Positions 18,887 through 28,461 are shown, counted from the stretch's first letter. The stretch: DNA of 32,000 nt from Acholeplasma laidlawii PG-8A (GCF_000018785.1 NC_010163.1:90001-122000), one strand, 5' to 3'. Program-made: numbers and translations. Notes: generated from the letters alone by a model not told the origin.

Positions 18887-19492
18887 ATGTTTATTACATT
18901 TGAAGGCGGAGAAGGTAGCGGTAAAACGACCTTAATCGAAAAACTAAAACACACATTACTAGAGAAAAAATACGATGTACTAACCACGCGTGAACCTGGT
19001 GGATCTAAGGTTGCTGAAAAAATTCGTTCTGTATTACTGGATAATAAAAACACAGAAATCACTGCACATACAGAAGCTCTTTTATTTGCAGCAAGTAGAG
19101 CACAACATTTAGATGAAGTCATCATTCCTAATTTAGATAAAGTCATACTTTGTGACCGATATATCGATTCATCCTATGCGTATCAAGCGTTTGGTAGAAA
19201 CCTAGGTATGGAGTTTGTTCAAAGTATTAATAGTTATGCATTAAAATACTTACCTGACTTAACATTTTATATCGACTTAGATCCTAAAACAGGTATTGAT
19301 AGAGTAAAGAAAAACAGATTACATAAAACAGATAGATTAGACATGGAAGTTCAAACATTTCATCAAAAGGTACGTGAAGGTTATATTCGCATTTCAGAAA
19401 TGTTTAAAGAACGTATCGTCGTGATTGATGGTAATCAATCGATTGATGCAATCTATCAAATTATAATGGATAACATATTAAAACGCCTATGA
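18887..19492 (+). CDS. tmk: Thymidylate kinase
   Basis: MFITFEGGEGSGKTTLIEKL, TREPGGSKVAEKIR, CDRYIDSSYAYQ. Confidence 0.97.
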   Translation: MFITFEGGEGSGKTTLIEKLKHTLLEKKYDVLTTREPGGSKVAEKIRSVLLDNKNTEITAHTEALLFAASRAQHLDEVIIPNLDKVILCDRYIDSSYAYQAFGRNLGMEFVQSINSYALKYLPDLTFYIDLDPKTGIDRVKKNRLHKTDRLDMEVQTFHQKVREGYIRISEMFKERIVVIDGNQSIDAIYQIIMDNILKRL

Positions 19493-20439
19493 ATAAAATA
19501 GTTGAAAGATTTAAATATGCAATTGAAAAAGAAAGACTTTCCCACTTATATGTTATAAGTGGGTCTTTAGGTCTTACCAAGCAAAATCTAGTTAAAGATA
19601 TCGCGTATTTAATCTTTAAACATCATAAGGACTATCCAACTTTAAAACACCAACTAGATAGTTTTAATCATCCAAACTTAGTTTACATCTCAGGGGAAGG
19701 TCAATCTATAAAAAAAGACCAAATCATGAGTTTACAACAAGAGTTTTCTAAAACATCATTAGTCAGTGGGCCTAGAATCTTTATTATTGAACAAGCTGAG
19801 ACGATGTCTACTCAAGCAGCAAACTCACTTCTTAAATTCTTAGAAGAACCAAAAGATGATGATACCATTGGATTTTTACTCGTAGATGATATCAATCTAA
19901 TGTTACCTACTATTTTGAGCCGTGCTCAAATTATTAGGTTAACAGACACTTTTGATGATAGTTTTATACAAGTTTTAATGGAACAAGAAATAGATATTAA
20001 AAATGCACATTTTATTGCATCCTTGACTAAAGAGTTAAACGAAGCTTTAGCTATTTTTGCAGACCAAAAATATATGGATACTGTGGAGTTTATTGATACC
20101 TTTATCAACTGGCTTAACAATCCAAGAACACCGCTTACGCCACTTTTTATGACGATAAGTCAAGCGCTATATCAAGATAAAGAATATATCATCTTTATCT
20201 TAGATACAATGTGTCAAATCTTTTTAGACATACTTCATTTACATATGAATCAAAAAGTGACCTATGAGTTTATGATGGAATCTTTATTAGAGTATGTAAA
20301 GCGTATTAAATCAGATACAGCACAACGTGTTATTTTAAGATTACAAGATCAAATTAAAAATTTAAGATTACCAGTCAATATAAGTTTACAACTTACCTCA
20401 TTAGCACTGGATTTAGAAAGTATTGTTCGAAATGGTTAA
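19489..20439 (+). CDS. holB: DNA polymerase III subunit delta'
   Basis: IKKDQIMSLQQEFS, RIFIIEQAETMSTQAANSLLKFLEEP, ILSRAQIIRL; located directly after tmk. Confidence 0.92.
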   Translation: MNKIVERFKYAIEKERLSHLYVISGSLGLTKQNLVKDIAYLIFKHHKDYPTLKHQLDSFNHPNLVYISGEGQSIKKDQIMSLQQEFSKTSLVSGPRIFIIEQAETMSTQAANSLLKFLEEPKDDDTIGFLLVDDINLMLPTILSRAQIIRLTDTFDDSFIQVLMEQEIDIKNAHFIASLTKELNEALAIFADQKYMDTVEFIDTFINWLNNPRTPLTPLFMTISQALYQDKEYIIFILDTMCQIFLDILHLHMNQKVTYEFMMESLLEYVKRIKSDTAQRVILRLQDQIKNLRLPVNISLQLTSLALDLESIVRNG

Positions 20440-21151
20440 AAGAGATTTGTTAGGTACTAAATTATATATTGAATCAGATATTGGTAAAGCATTTAATATG
20501 GATACCATTATTTTAAGTGACTTTGTAAGAGTTCCTAAAGACACCAAATCTATTTTAGACTTTGGAACTGGTAATGGAGCGATTATGCTGTATTTATCCC
20601 AAAGATTTTCTGGGCATATCACCGGTATTGAACTTCAAGAAAAACGTTATGAACTGGCAGTTCATAACATTAAACTCAACAACTTAGAATCTAGACTTGA
20701 TGTAGTCAACATGGACCTAAAAACTTATCGATCTAAAAAACATGCGGACATCATCGTATCAAACCCACCGTTTTTTAAGGTCAATAACCAAACCAAACAA
20801 AGTATCGACATGGATATGCAAATTGCTAAACATGAAATACACTTAAATTTAGAAACCTTAATTGAAGCTGTTAGTAAAAACATTAAACATGGTGGACTAT
20901 TCTTCATGGTACATAAAGCGAATAGATTAGAAGAAATTATCTTAGAACTTAACAAATTTGACTTTAAATTAAAACGTATGAGACTTGTTCATCCATCACT
21001 TCATCATGAACCCAATCAAGTCTTAATTGAAGCTAAATTTAAAGGTAAGGGCCATTTAATTGTCGAACCACCTTTAATTCAGTATAAAGAAAAAGGCATC
21101 TACAGCGATGAGATGCAATCAATTTATGATGGAAGGATGTATCATAAATGA
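20423..21151 (+). CDS. tRNA1(Val) A37 N6-methyltransferase-like protein (YabB/TrmN6 family)
   Basis: LDFGTGNGAIMLYLSQR SAM motif and IIVSNPPFFK N6-MTase motif; synteny with holB and rsmI. Confidence 0.88.
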   Translation: MFEMVKRDLLGTKLYIESDIGKAFNMDTIILSDFVRVPKDTKSILDFGTGNGAIMLYLSQRFSGHITGIELQEKRYELAVHNIKLNNLESRLDVVNMDLKTYRSKKHADIIVSNPPFFKVNNQTKQSIDMDMQIAKHEIHLNLETLIEAVSKNIKHGGLFFMVHKANRLEEIILELNKFDFKLKRMRLVHPSLHHEPNQVLIEAKFKGKGHLIVEPPLIQYKEKGIYSDEMQSIYDGRMYHK

Positions 21152-21996
21152 ACATACAAATAAGTTATGATGTTTTAAAACCAACACTATACATCGTAAG
21201 TACACCCATTGGTAGCTTAAAGGATATCACCTTAAGAGCAATTGAAGTCTTAAAAAGTGTAGATATCATTTTATGTGAAGATACTAGAGTGACTTCAAAA
21301 CTTCTAGATGCATATGATATTCATGTGCCACTAAAAAGTTATCAAAAATTTAATGAGCGCTCCATGGTTTTGCAAGTCATTGAATACCTAGATAATAAGA
21401 TGTCAGTCGCACTTGTATCGGATGCAGGTACACCTTTAATTAGTGACCCAGGCTTTATTTTAGTCGATGAACTTATTGGTAAAAACTATAATGTTGTAAG
21501 TATACCAGGTGCATCCGCACTGTTATCAGCACTTGTAACATCAGGGATACTTACTCAACCATTTACCTTTATTGGTTTTTTACCAAGAAAACTTGGTGAA
21601 ATCAATAAAGTATTAAAAGATTATGTGTCAAGAAAAGAAAGTTTAATCATTTATGAATCACCAAACCGTGTTCAAAAAACACTATCCTATATGCTAGATA
21701 TACTAGGTAATAGAAGAGTAAGTGTAGCAAGAGAGCTTACAAAGAAATTTGAAACTTATTATAGAGGCTACATCAAAGATATTTTAGAAACTACACTAGA
21801 TACACGGGGCGAATACGTCATTGTTGTAGAAGGAAGTACTACAAGTGATGTCAAAATTGAAGATCCTGTTGAGCTTGTCTTAAGTTATATGAAACAAGGT
21901 TATGATGAAAAAGAAGCCATTAAACAAGCGAGTAAGGATTTAGGTGTTCATAAATCTGAAGTATATAAAATATTTAAAATAGATAAAAGTAGTTGA
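21148..21996 (+). CDS. rsmI: 16S rRNA (cytidine1402-2'-O)-methyltransferase
   Basis: PTLYIVSTPIGSLKDITLRAIEVLKSVDIILCEDTRVTSKLL, SDAGTPLISDPGF, GREYVIVVEG-like (RGEYVIVVEG). Confidence 0.96.
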   Translation: MNIQISYDVLKPTLYIVSTPIGSLKDITLRAIEVLKSVDIILCEDTRVTSKLLDAYDIHVPLKSYQKFNERSMVLQVIEYLDNKMSVALVSDAGTPLISDPGFILVDELIGKNYNVVSIPGASALLSALVTSGILTQPFTFIGFLPRKLGEINKVLKDYVSRKESLIIYESPNRVQKTLSYMLDILGNRRVSVARELTKKFETYYRGYIKDILETTLDTRGEYVIVVEGSTTSDVKIEDPVELVLSYMKQGYDEKEAIKQASKDLGVHKSEVYKIFKIDKSS

Positions 21997-22000
21997 TTTA

Positions 22001-22028
22001 CAATCACCCATTATTGGGTGATTGTTTT
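22001..22028 (+). terminator. Rho-independent terminator after rsmI
   Basis: CAATCACCCA-TTAT-TGGGTGATTG then TTTT. Confidence 0.88.
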
Positions 22029-22079
22029 ATTAATGAAATCCTTTTTGTTTTATAAAATATAAAAATTTGAATAAGTTAT

Positions 22080-24713
22080 CTACGCATCTAATTTATCTAA
22101 CCTAAAGGTATGAATAGTACCTATTGGCGGTGTATAAAAAACACCATAGCTTACTCTAAAATAGTACGTACCTGATGTTAAATCAAGCGTTAAGGATGTA
22201 CTAGAATAACTCCTAATGAGTTTTCCTTGTTCATTAAAAATAGTGATGTTAACAGATTTACTAGAATAGATTTGAACTTTCGCATCATTTAAAAGAACAA
22301 ATGATGCATAATCTGAATCACCTAAATAATCTAGTTTAAATTCAAAATCTTCTTTCCAATTTATGGTTGTTAAAGAGTCCATAAAAGAATCATCTAAAGC
22401 TACTAAAGGATCATCTACAATATAAACTTGTACAGCAATTTTTATCGTTTGATGCATGTCATTTTCTTTAAAATAAAGTGTATATGTTTCAGCTTCTAAA
22501 TAGAGTAATAATGATGACGGATCATAAAGATTTATAACATTTCCTAGACTGTCTAAAAGAACTAGTTCATTAGGATAATATAAATCAATATAGACGTAAT
22601 CGGCTTTACTTAATGAAAAGTGAAGTTTTTTTATGTTTTGAGGGTACCAATTATAAGTATCATAACTATTTATATTTCTATTCATAAGTGTATTTGATAG
22701 ATTAGTTGTATCGTAAGGTGTTAGCGTATCGGAGGTTAAGTTTGTAGGAACATCTCTTGATGATTTGATTTTATAACTTAAAATTGTAGGTACTCTTAAG
22801 GCATAATCGCCTTTGGTTAAATATATTTTAGTTTGAGTTTCTGTAATACTAAAAGATGTATAAGACCGATAAACACCTAAATCGTTTGATTTGGAGATAT
22901 ATGCGCTATAACCGTATCTAGGAAAAGATAACATCTCATCTAATAATATATCAATGACAAAATAGCCATCATTATCCATTTTAAAAGTAAAATCATTTGA
23001 TCCGTTTCTTGATGTGACAATAAACTCATCACTATAACTATCAGTTAAAGTGATACCATCATGCCAAGTCACACCGTGTAAATCTATCTCAAATAAAATG
23101 GTTTCAACATACCAACTACTGACTCTAAATTTGTTGATGCCTGGTGTTAAACTTATATAAATCGGCTTACCTTCTTTATGATTTAAATTGGAACTATCTA
23201 GATGATCAGCACTTATATATCGGTAGATAAAGAGATTAGAAGCTTTATTGGGAGAAAGTGTAAGTAGTCCACCTTCTGGTGCTTCAACTGCTAGAATAAC
23301 ATAATCATATAAGCCTTCTATTTCAACATTTATGGCATCTTCTGTAAGTAATATTGGGTTAAGTTGATCACCTATTGTTTTATAACTATTTAGAGGAAAA
23401 ATCCTAAAGTCATAAAGTTTAATAAAGTCTGCTCGAGATGAAATGGCTAAAATATATGTACCTTCTGTTATGTTGTAGATATTTTTGTGTTCTGCATAAA
23501 GAGGATCAGTTGACTTATCAAATTGAACTAATGTTCCATCTAAAGTGTAGAAGGTCATATCAAATGAGGAATCAATTTCAAAGGCATATAAGTCTGCGGT
23601 TAGTTCAACTCGATAATAATTTGTTGTACCTGAAACAAATAGTTGGTCTTTAACTGTTTGGCTAACATCTGTTGAATGTGCTATAAGATCAGGGTTTAAA
23701 GGAGGCATTTGAACATAGTTATTTAGATTAGCCTCACTAAATGTTGAAGTATCATAGGTCATACTGACCATAATAGATCCACCCTCAAAGTTGAGTTTTA
23801 CTGTTTCTGTGTATGAATAATCATTAACTTTAATAGTTACAGTCAATGTGTTCTCTTTATAGACATTTAAGAAAGCATTCATAGTGTTTTCATCTGTAAT
23901 CAGTTGTCTTAAAATGGTTTTTGTATCACCGGTTAGTGTATACATATCATCTTCAAATGAATAGAAAAAATCATCCGATAAAACAATACCAATATTTGTA
24001 TCGGGCATGGAGTCAACCTCATCAATGGAATCAAATTGATCAATTAATCTATAATAATTTAGAGATTCAAATCGTCCAACCTCTGTGAGTATATATGAAT
24101 TATTTGACTCATTTATAATAATTCCTTGATTGTTAGAAAAACTACTTAGGTAAAATGGTGATTGCCTGATGTTTATAAAGACACTTTCATTAAACGTTTG
24201 ACCGCTAATTGTTAGTGCTATCTTTGTTTCGATAGAAAGTTCAGTGGCATCTAAGAAAGGTGTTAACTTGGATTCAAGTTGTAACTTTATCTCTTCAGAT
24301 TTTTCATAATCTATTTCTCTAGATATATTTGTTAAAATTTTTCCTTTAATAGAGGTTATTTTGACGGTTGTTTGATCACTAAATCTTGGCACGTTAATTG
24401 TCAAATTAGAATTCAATGTATAAGTATGTGTGTGTGATGTAGTTGTGTTATTATCAAAAAAGTTGGAATAATGTTTTAAACTGTAGGTTATTTCAACATC
24501 ATCTAATAATGCATCACCATCTTTAATTGTAACAATGATTTGAATAAACTTCACACCTTCGTTAGATGAAGGTGTGAAAGTACTGATTTCTATAAAGTCA
24601 GTATAGTTATCCATCATTAAATCATAGCTAAATTTGTAGCGATTTGAATCGTTAGAACAACCTGTTAAAAATAATATAAATATAGTAACACTAACATAAA
24701 TAAATTTTCTCAT
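22080..24713 (-). CDS. Large putative surface lipoprotein (about 877 aa) with multiple beta-sandwich-like modules
   Basis: Signal/lipobox MRKFIYVSVTIFILFLTGCS; GGGG SD on the minus strand favours ATG at 24713 over the track start 24719; no recognised enzymatic motif. Confidence 0.85.
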   Translation of the reverse strand: MRKFIYVSVTIFILFLTGCSNDSNRYKFSYDLMMDNYTDFIEISTFTPSSNEGVKFIQIIVTIKDGDALLDDVEITYSLKHYSNFFDNNTTTSHTHTYTLNSNLTINVPRFSDQTTVKITSIKGKILTNISREIDYEKSEEIKLQLESKLTPFLDATELSIETKIALTISGQTFNESVFINIRQSPFYLSSFSNNQGIIINESNNSYILTEVGRFESLNYYRLIDQFDSIDEVDSMPDTNIGIVLSDDFFYSFEDDMYTLTGDTKTILRQLITDENTMNAFLNVYKENTLTVTIKVNDYSYTETVKLNFEGGSIMVSMTYDTSTFSEANLNNYVQMPPLNPDLIAHSTDVSQTVKDQLFVSGTTNYYRVELTADLYAFEIDSSFDMTFYTLDGTLVQFDKSTDPLYAEHKNIYNITEGTYILAISSRADFIKLYDFRIFPLNSYKTIGDQLNPILLTEDAINVEIEGLYDYVILAVEAPEGGLLTLSPNKASNLFIYRYISADHLDSSNLNHKEGKPIYISLTPGINKFRVSSWYVETILFEIDLHGVTWHDGITLTDSYSDEFIVTSRNGSNDFTFKMDNDGYFVIDILLDEMLSFPRYGYSAYISKSNDLGVYRSYTSFSITETQTKIYLTKGDYALRVPTILSYKIKSSRDVPTNLTSDTLTPYDTTNLSNTLMNRNINSYDTYNWYPQNIKKLHFSLSKADYVYIDLYYPNELVLLDSLGNVINLYDPSSLLLYLEAETYTLYFKENDMHQTIKIAVQVYIVDDPLVALDDSFMDSLTTINWKEDFEFKLDYLGDSDYASFVLLNDAKVQIYSSKSVNITIFNEQGKLIRSYSSTSLTLDLTSGTYYFRVSYGVFYTPPIGTIHTFRLDKLDA

Positions 24714-24859
24714 AATCATCCCCCATAAACATATTCTAGCATATTAAAGTGTGATTAAAAAGGTTTTAAATAAACATACGAAAGACGTAATTTATGGTAC
24801 ATATTTTATTTAATGAATCTAGGGGGGTTTTATTTTATTTTTTATAATATAATATACTT

Positions 24860-24865
24860 ATAATT
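24860..24865 (+). promoter_or_regulatory. Candidate -10 (TATAAT) for the metG T-box transcript
   Basis: TATAAT immediately upstream of the CGATGA start of the leader motif. Confidence 0.5.
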
Positions 24866-24874
24866 GAATCTATA

Positions 24875-25116
24875 CGATGAAAAAGAAGTGTGTAGTTATA
24901 AAAATTTTAAAGAGAGTCTTTCGCTGGTGGAAGAAAGATAAATTTAGATTACACATATGGCTTTTGGAGTAATTTATCCGATATGTAGGGTAAATCGTGA
25001 AATCTTTGCGTTAAAAGAGTAAAGTGCTATGTACATTGTATATAGAACTAAGGTGGTACCGCGGATTATTAAATGATGTTCGTCCTTAGACTAGTTTTTA
25101 GTTTAAGGATTTTTTT
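24875..25116 (+). promoter_or_regulatory. T-box riboswitch leader controlling metG
   Basis: CGATGA...AGAGAG-TCTTTC-GCTGGTGGAA-GAAAGA Stem I distal hairpin; T-box AACTAAGGTGGTACCGCGG at 25046-25064; antiterminator CTAAGG (25048-25053) can pair with CCTTAG (25084-25089), which is part of the terminator. Confidence 0.93.
25083..25116 (+). terminator. T-box intrinsic terminator
   Basis: TCCTTAGACTA-GTTTT-TAGTTTAAGGA followed by TTTTTTT. Confidence 0.9.
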
Positions 25117-25134
25117 ATGGAAAGGAATAAAAAA

Positions 25135-26685
25135 ATGGATAAGAAAAAATATTATATATCAACAGCAATTGCATATGCATCAGCAATCCCTCATATCGGT
25201 AACGTATATGAGATTATTTTAGCAGACGCAATCGCCCGTTTTAAGCGTTTAGAAGGTTATGATGTATATTTTCAAACGGGAACCGATGAACACGGTCAAA
25301 AGATTGAAAATAACGCTAGAAATCAAAATTTGGAGACATCTGATTATGTCGATATGATCTCTAATGAAATTAAACGTATTTTTGAGTTAGTGAATGTAAA
25401 GTATGACAAATTTATACGTACAACAGATACATATCATAAAGAAGTTGTTCAAAATATCTTTGAAAAATTACTTGAACAAGGTGATATTTATCTAGGTAAA
25501 TATGAAGGATGGTATTCTGTTGCTGATGAGGCGTTTTTAAATAAGGCGGATATCGTAGATGGACTAGCACCTAGTGGAGATATTCCTGTATGGATGAGTG
25601 AGGATACTTACTTTTTTAAATTAAGTAAATATCAAGATAGAATCGTTAAACATATTAAAGATAACCCATCATTTATTGAACCTGAAAATAGACGTAATGA
25701 AGTACTACAAAGTTTCTTAAGTGAAAAACTACCAGATTTAAGTGTATCTAGAACTTCTTTTAAATGGGGGATTCCAGTTAAAAGTAATCCAGAACATGTT
25801 ATTTATGTTTGGATAGACGCTTTAAGTAACTATATTACAGGTTTAGGTTATAATCTAGATAGTAATAGTGATGCTATGAAAGATTTTTGGCCAGCGGACC
25901 TACATTTAATTGGTAAAGATATTATGCGTTTCCACGCTGTTTATTGGCCAGCACTGTTACTAGCATTAGGCTTGCCATTACCTAAAAAGATTTTTGGTCA
26001 CCCATGGGTTTTAGTAGATAAAAATAAGATGAGTAAGTCTGTTGGTAATACGCTTTATACAGATAATTTGGTTAAACATTTTGGTGTAGATGCTCTAAGA
26101 TATTATGTATTACATGAGATTCCTTTTGCAGCAGATGGTAATATAACTTATGAGTTAATGATTGAAAGAAATAACTCTGATTTAGCAAACACTTTAGGTA
26201 ATTTAGTAAACCGTACCATTGGTATGGTGAATAAATACCAAAATGGTTTAGTTAAAAAAGTGATAATCAACGAACCATTTGATTATAGTTTAAAAAATAA
26301 GTGTGAAGCACTACTTGATAAAGTAAGTACTTTAATGAATGAACTTAGAGTAGGTGATGCGATTGAAGAACTTATGATTGTTGCTAGAGCAGCAAATAAG
26401 TATATCGATCTATCAGAACCTTGGAATTTAAATAAAAACGGCGAAACTGAAAAGTTAAGTCATGTATTATATAGTTTAGTTGAGACGATTCGCTTCTTAG
26501 CTGTCTTCCTACAAAGTTATATGCCAGAAACTGCTTTAAAAATATTTGAGCAATTAAATATTGAAGCATCTGGATTAGATAGTGTTAAAACATTTGGGTT
26601 ATACCCAGAACAACAAATTGGTACTGCAAAAGTATTATTTGAAAGATTTGATTTAGAAAAGAAATTAAATGAGATTATAGGGTAA
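25135..26685 (+). CDS. metG: Methionyl-tRNA synthetase (start corrected from 25117 to 25135)
   Basis: AYASAIPHIGNVYE HIGH region, VYFQTGTDEHGQKIE, KNKMSKSVGN; AAAGGAA SD lies between 25117 and 25135; 25117 directly abuts the terminator T-run. Confidence 0.95.
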   Translation: MDKKKYYISTAIAYASAIPHIGNVYEIILADAIARFKRLEGYDVYFQTGTDEHGQKIENNARNQNLETSDYVDMISNEIKRIFELVNVKYDKFIRTTDTYHKEVVQNIFEKLLEQGDIYLGKYEGWYSVADEAFLNKADIVDGLAPSGDIPVWMSEDTYFFKLSKYQDRIVKHIKDNPSFIEPENRRNEVLQSFLSEKLPDLSVSRTSFKWGIPVKSNPEHVIYVWIDALSNYITGLGYNLDSNSDAMKDFWPADLHLIGKDIMRFHAVYWPALLLALGLPLPKKIFGHPWVLVDKNKMSKSVGNTLYTDNLVKHFGVDALRYYVLHEIPFAADGNITYELMIERNNSDLANTLGNLVNRTIGMVNKYQNGLVKKVIINEPFDYSLKNKCEALLDKVSTLMNELRVGDAIEELMIVARAANKYIDLSEPWNLNKNGETEKLSHVLYSLVETIRFLAVFLQSYMPETALKIFEQLNIEASGLDSVKTFGLYPEQQIGTAKVLFERFDLEKKLNEIIG

Positions 26686-26689
26686 ATAG

Positions 26690-27679
26690 ATGAATAAACT
26701 TAAAGCTTGGATTGGTTCCACAAAGTTTCAAAGGCAAATTAAACCAGAAATAAAAAGAACGATCGCTGTCATAGTATTTACAGTGATTTATGGTATTGGT
26801 GTTACCTGGTTTTTAGAGGCTAGTGTTATACCAATGTATACCGGTGGTATACCAGGGCTAGCACAATTAATTAGAGATTTTATGAAGTTCACGCTTGGCA
26901 TTGACACTTCTGGGTGGGAAGGTTTATTTTTTGGATTGTTTATTACACTATCCAATATACCAATTATGATTTTAGGTTGGTTTGGTGTATCTAAGAAATT
27001 TGTTATTTACTCCATGATTTCAGTTATTATTCAAGCAACCATGTTAGGATTTATTCCTTCTATTAATATTGGATTATCAAGCGAATCTCAAGCCTTGACA
27101 GCAACCATTTTAGGTGGAATATTCATAGGTATTGGTGTGGGTGGTGCCTTAAAATATGGTACATCCACGGGTGGACTTGATGTCATTGCACAATATATTT
27201 CATTAAAAAAAGGACAAAGCGTCGGCTTTGTCTCAATGGTATTAAATATTGTAACAGCTTTACTGGGTGGTTTAATCACAGCACCCGACCTGATTGCAAG
27301 AGGTGTTTTACCAGGTGTTACCCAAACACTTGCGGCAGCAGGTATCGTTATTAGTTATACCATTTTAAGATTAATTATTACAACGATTGTTACAGATAAA
27401 CTGCATACCGCTTATCATTTTACAATGGTTGAAGTGATCACCAATAATCCACAAGACATTGTTTCTGATATTTTATCAAACATTTACCGTGGGGTTACAT
27501 TAATTAATGTTCAAGGTGGTTATACAAAACAAGATAAGACATTAATTAAAGTAGTGATTTCAAGTTATGAGTTTACGACACTTCATCAGCTTGTTAATAG
27601 GCTAGATAGTAAAGCATTTATTGTTGTGACACCAGTAAAACAAGTCTATGGTAATTTTAAAAAGCGCACCATTGCATAA
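26690..27679 (+). CDS. YitT-family membrane protein (DUF2179 C-terminus)
   Basis: Membrane segments including GGIFIGIGVGGALKYGTSTGGLDVIAQYISLKKGQSVG; C-terminal LSNIYRGVTLINVQGGYTKQDKTLIKVVISSYE. Confidence 0.9.
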   Translation: MNKLKAWIGSTKFQRQIKPEIKRTIAVIVFTVIYGIGVTWFLEASVIPMYTGGIPGLAQLIRDFMKFTLGIDTSGWEGLFFGLFITLSNIPIMILGWFGVSKKFVIYSMISVIIQATMLGFIPSINIGLSSESQALTATILGGIFIGIGVGGALKYGTSTGGLDVIAQYISLKKGQSVGFVSMVLNIVTALLGGLITAPDLIARGVLPGVTQTLAAAGIVISYTILRLIITTIVTDKLHTAYHFTMVEVITNNPQDIVSDILSNIYRGVTLINVQGGYTKQDKTLIKVVISSYEFTTLHQLVNRLDSKAFIVVTPVKQVYGNFKKRTIA

Positions 27680-27700
27680 TAATTTTTAATAGGGGGATTT

Positions 27701-28039
27701 ATGAAAGACTTTATTATAGCTACAACACCAACACTTGAAGGATATCGTATTGTTAAATACATTGATGTGATCTTTGAAGAAAATATTTTTGGTGTAAGTT
27801 TAAATACATCTGTCCAATCATTTAATGATATATTTAAAGGATTTTCAGGTGAACGATATGATGCAATGTCTGATCGTATCGAAGAAGTGAAAATAGAGGT
27901 TAAAAAACGTTTTATTAGAAAAGCTATTCGCCATGGTGCAAATGCACTTATTGGTGTTGATATTGAAACGACCACAACTCAAGCGGGTGGTATTACAATT
28001 TCAATGTCAGGTACAGCTGTTATTGTTGAAAAAATATAA
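27701..28039 (+). CDS. YbjQ-family (UPF0145) protein
   Basis: IIATTPTLEGYRIVKYIDVIFEENIFGVS...AIRHGANALIGVDIETTTTQAGGITISMSGTAVIVE. Confidence 0.85.
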   Translation: MKDFIIATTPTLEGYRIVKYIDVIFEENIFGVSLNTSVQSFNDIFKGFSGERYDAMSDRIEEVKIEVKKRFIRKAIRHGANALIGVDIETTTTQAGGITISMSGTAVIVEKI

Positions 28040-28073
28040 ATGGTGTAGCGTGAAATTCACGCTACACCATTTT
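28040..28073. terminator. Bidirectional terminator, 15-nt arms around a single central base
   Basis: ATGGTGTAGCGTGAA-A-TTCACGCTACACCAT with T-rich sequence on both sides in each reading direction. Confidence 0.9.
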
Positions 28074-28080
28074 CCTTTAT

Positions 28081-28461
28081 TTAAACATTTTGAAATAAAT
28101 TTGGGTTAATTAGGGGAAGTAGTAAAGGCTGAAGGTAAGCACTAGCAGTCACACTTGAAATTAAGCTTCTTAAGTGTGGATAAATAATTTGAACAGCTGG
28201 TAATTGTAAGAAGTTTTCAATATCAATTTCACTAGAGTCTTCTGAGAAATTAAATGTTGCAGACATATGTGCGGTTAAATCAATTGGAAAGGGATGAGTT
28301 TCACTATTTAAAACACTAAACATGAGGGTTAGTGTATACGTAAAGTCATCTTCTTTAGCAAGTTGTTTGGTGTAAATGGGATTCATTTTAAAGTTACCCT
28401 TTAAGTTATGATTGATAATAGATATCTTTTTAGTTTGAATGATAGTATTAAGTACTTTCAT
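28081..28461 (-). CDS. SecB-like protein (preprotein chaperone / SecB-related family)
   Basis: C-terminal IENFLQLPAVQIIYPHLRSLISSVTASAYLQPLLLPLINPNLF resembles SecB NxLFPYARexIxxLvxxgxFPxLnLxPvNFxaLf. Confidence 0.6.
   Translation of the reverse strand: MKVLNTIIQTKKISIINHNLKGNFKMNPIYTKQLAKEDDFTYTLTLMFSVLNSETHPFPIDLTAHMSATFNFSEDSSEIDIENFLQLPAVQIIYPHLRSLISSVTASAYLQPLLLPLINPNLFQNV

Noticed and set aside
16128-20955. Minus-strand ORFs 16128-16334, 17122-17352, 18492-18689, 18829-19146, 19926-20120, 20413-20622, 20725-20955
   Set aside because: All antisense to ecfA1/ecfT/truA/tmk/holB/methyltransferase genes with clear family motifs.
23438-23653. Plus-strand 71-aa ORF inside the large lipoprotein gene
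   Set aside because: Antisense within a continuous 2.6 kb ORF; composition-driven artefact.
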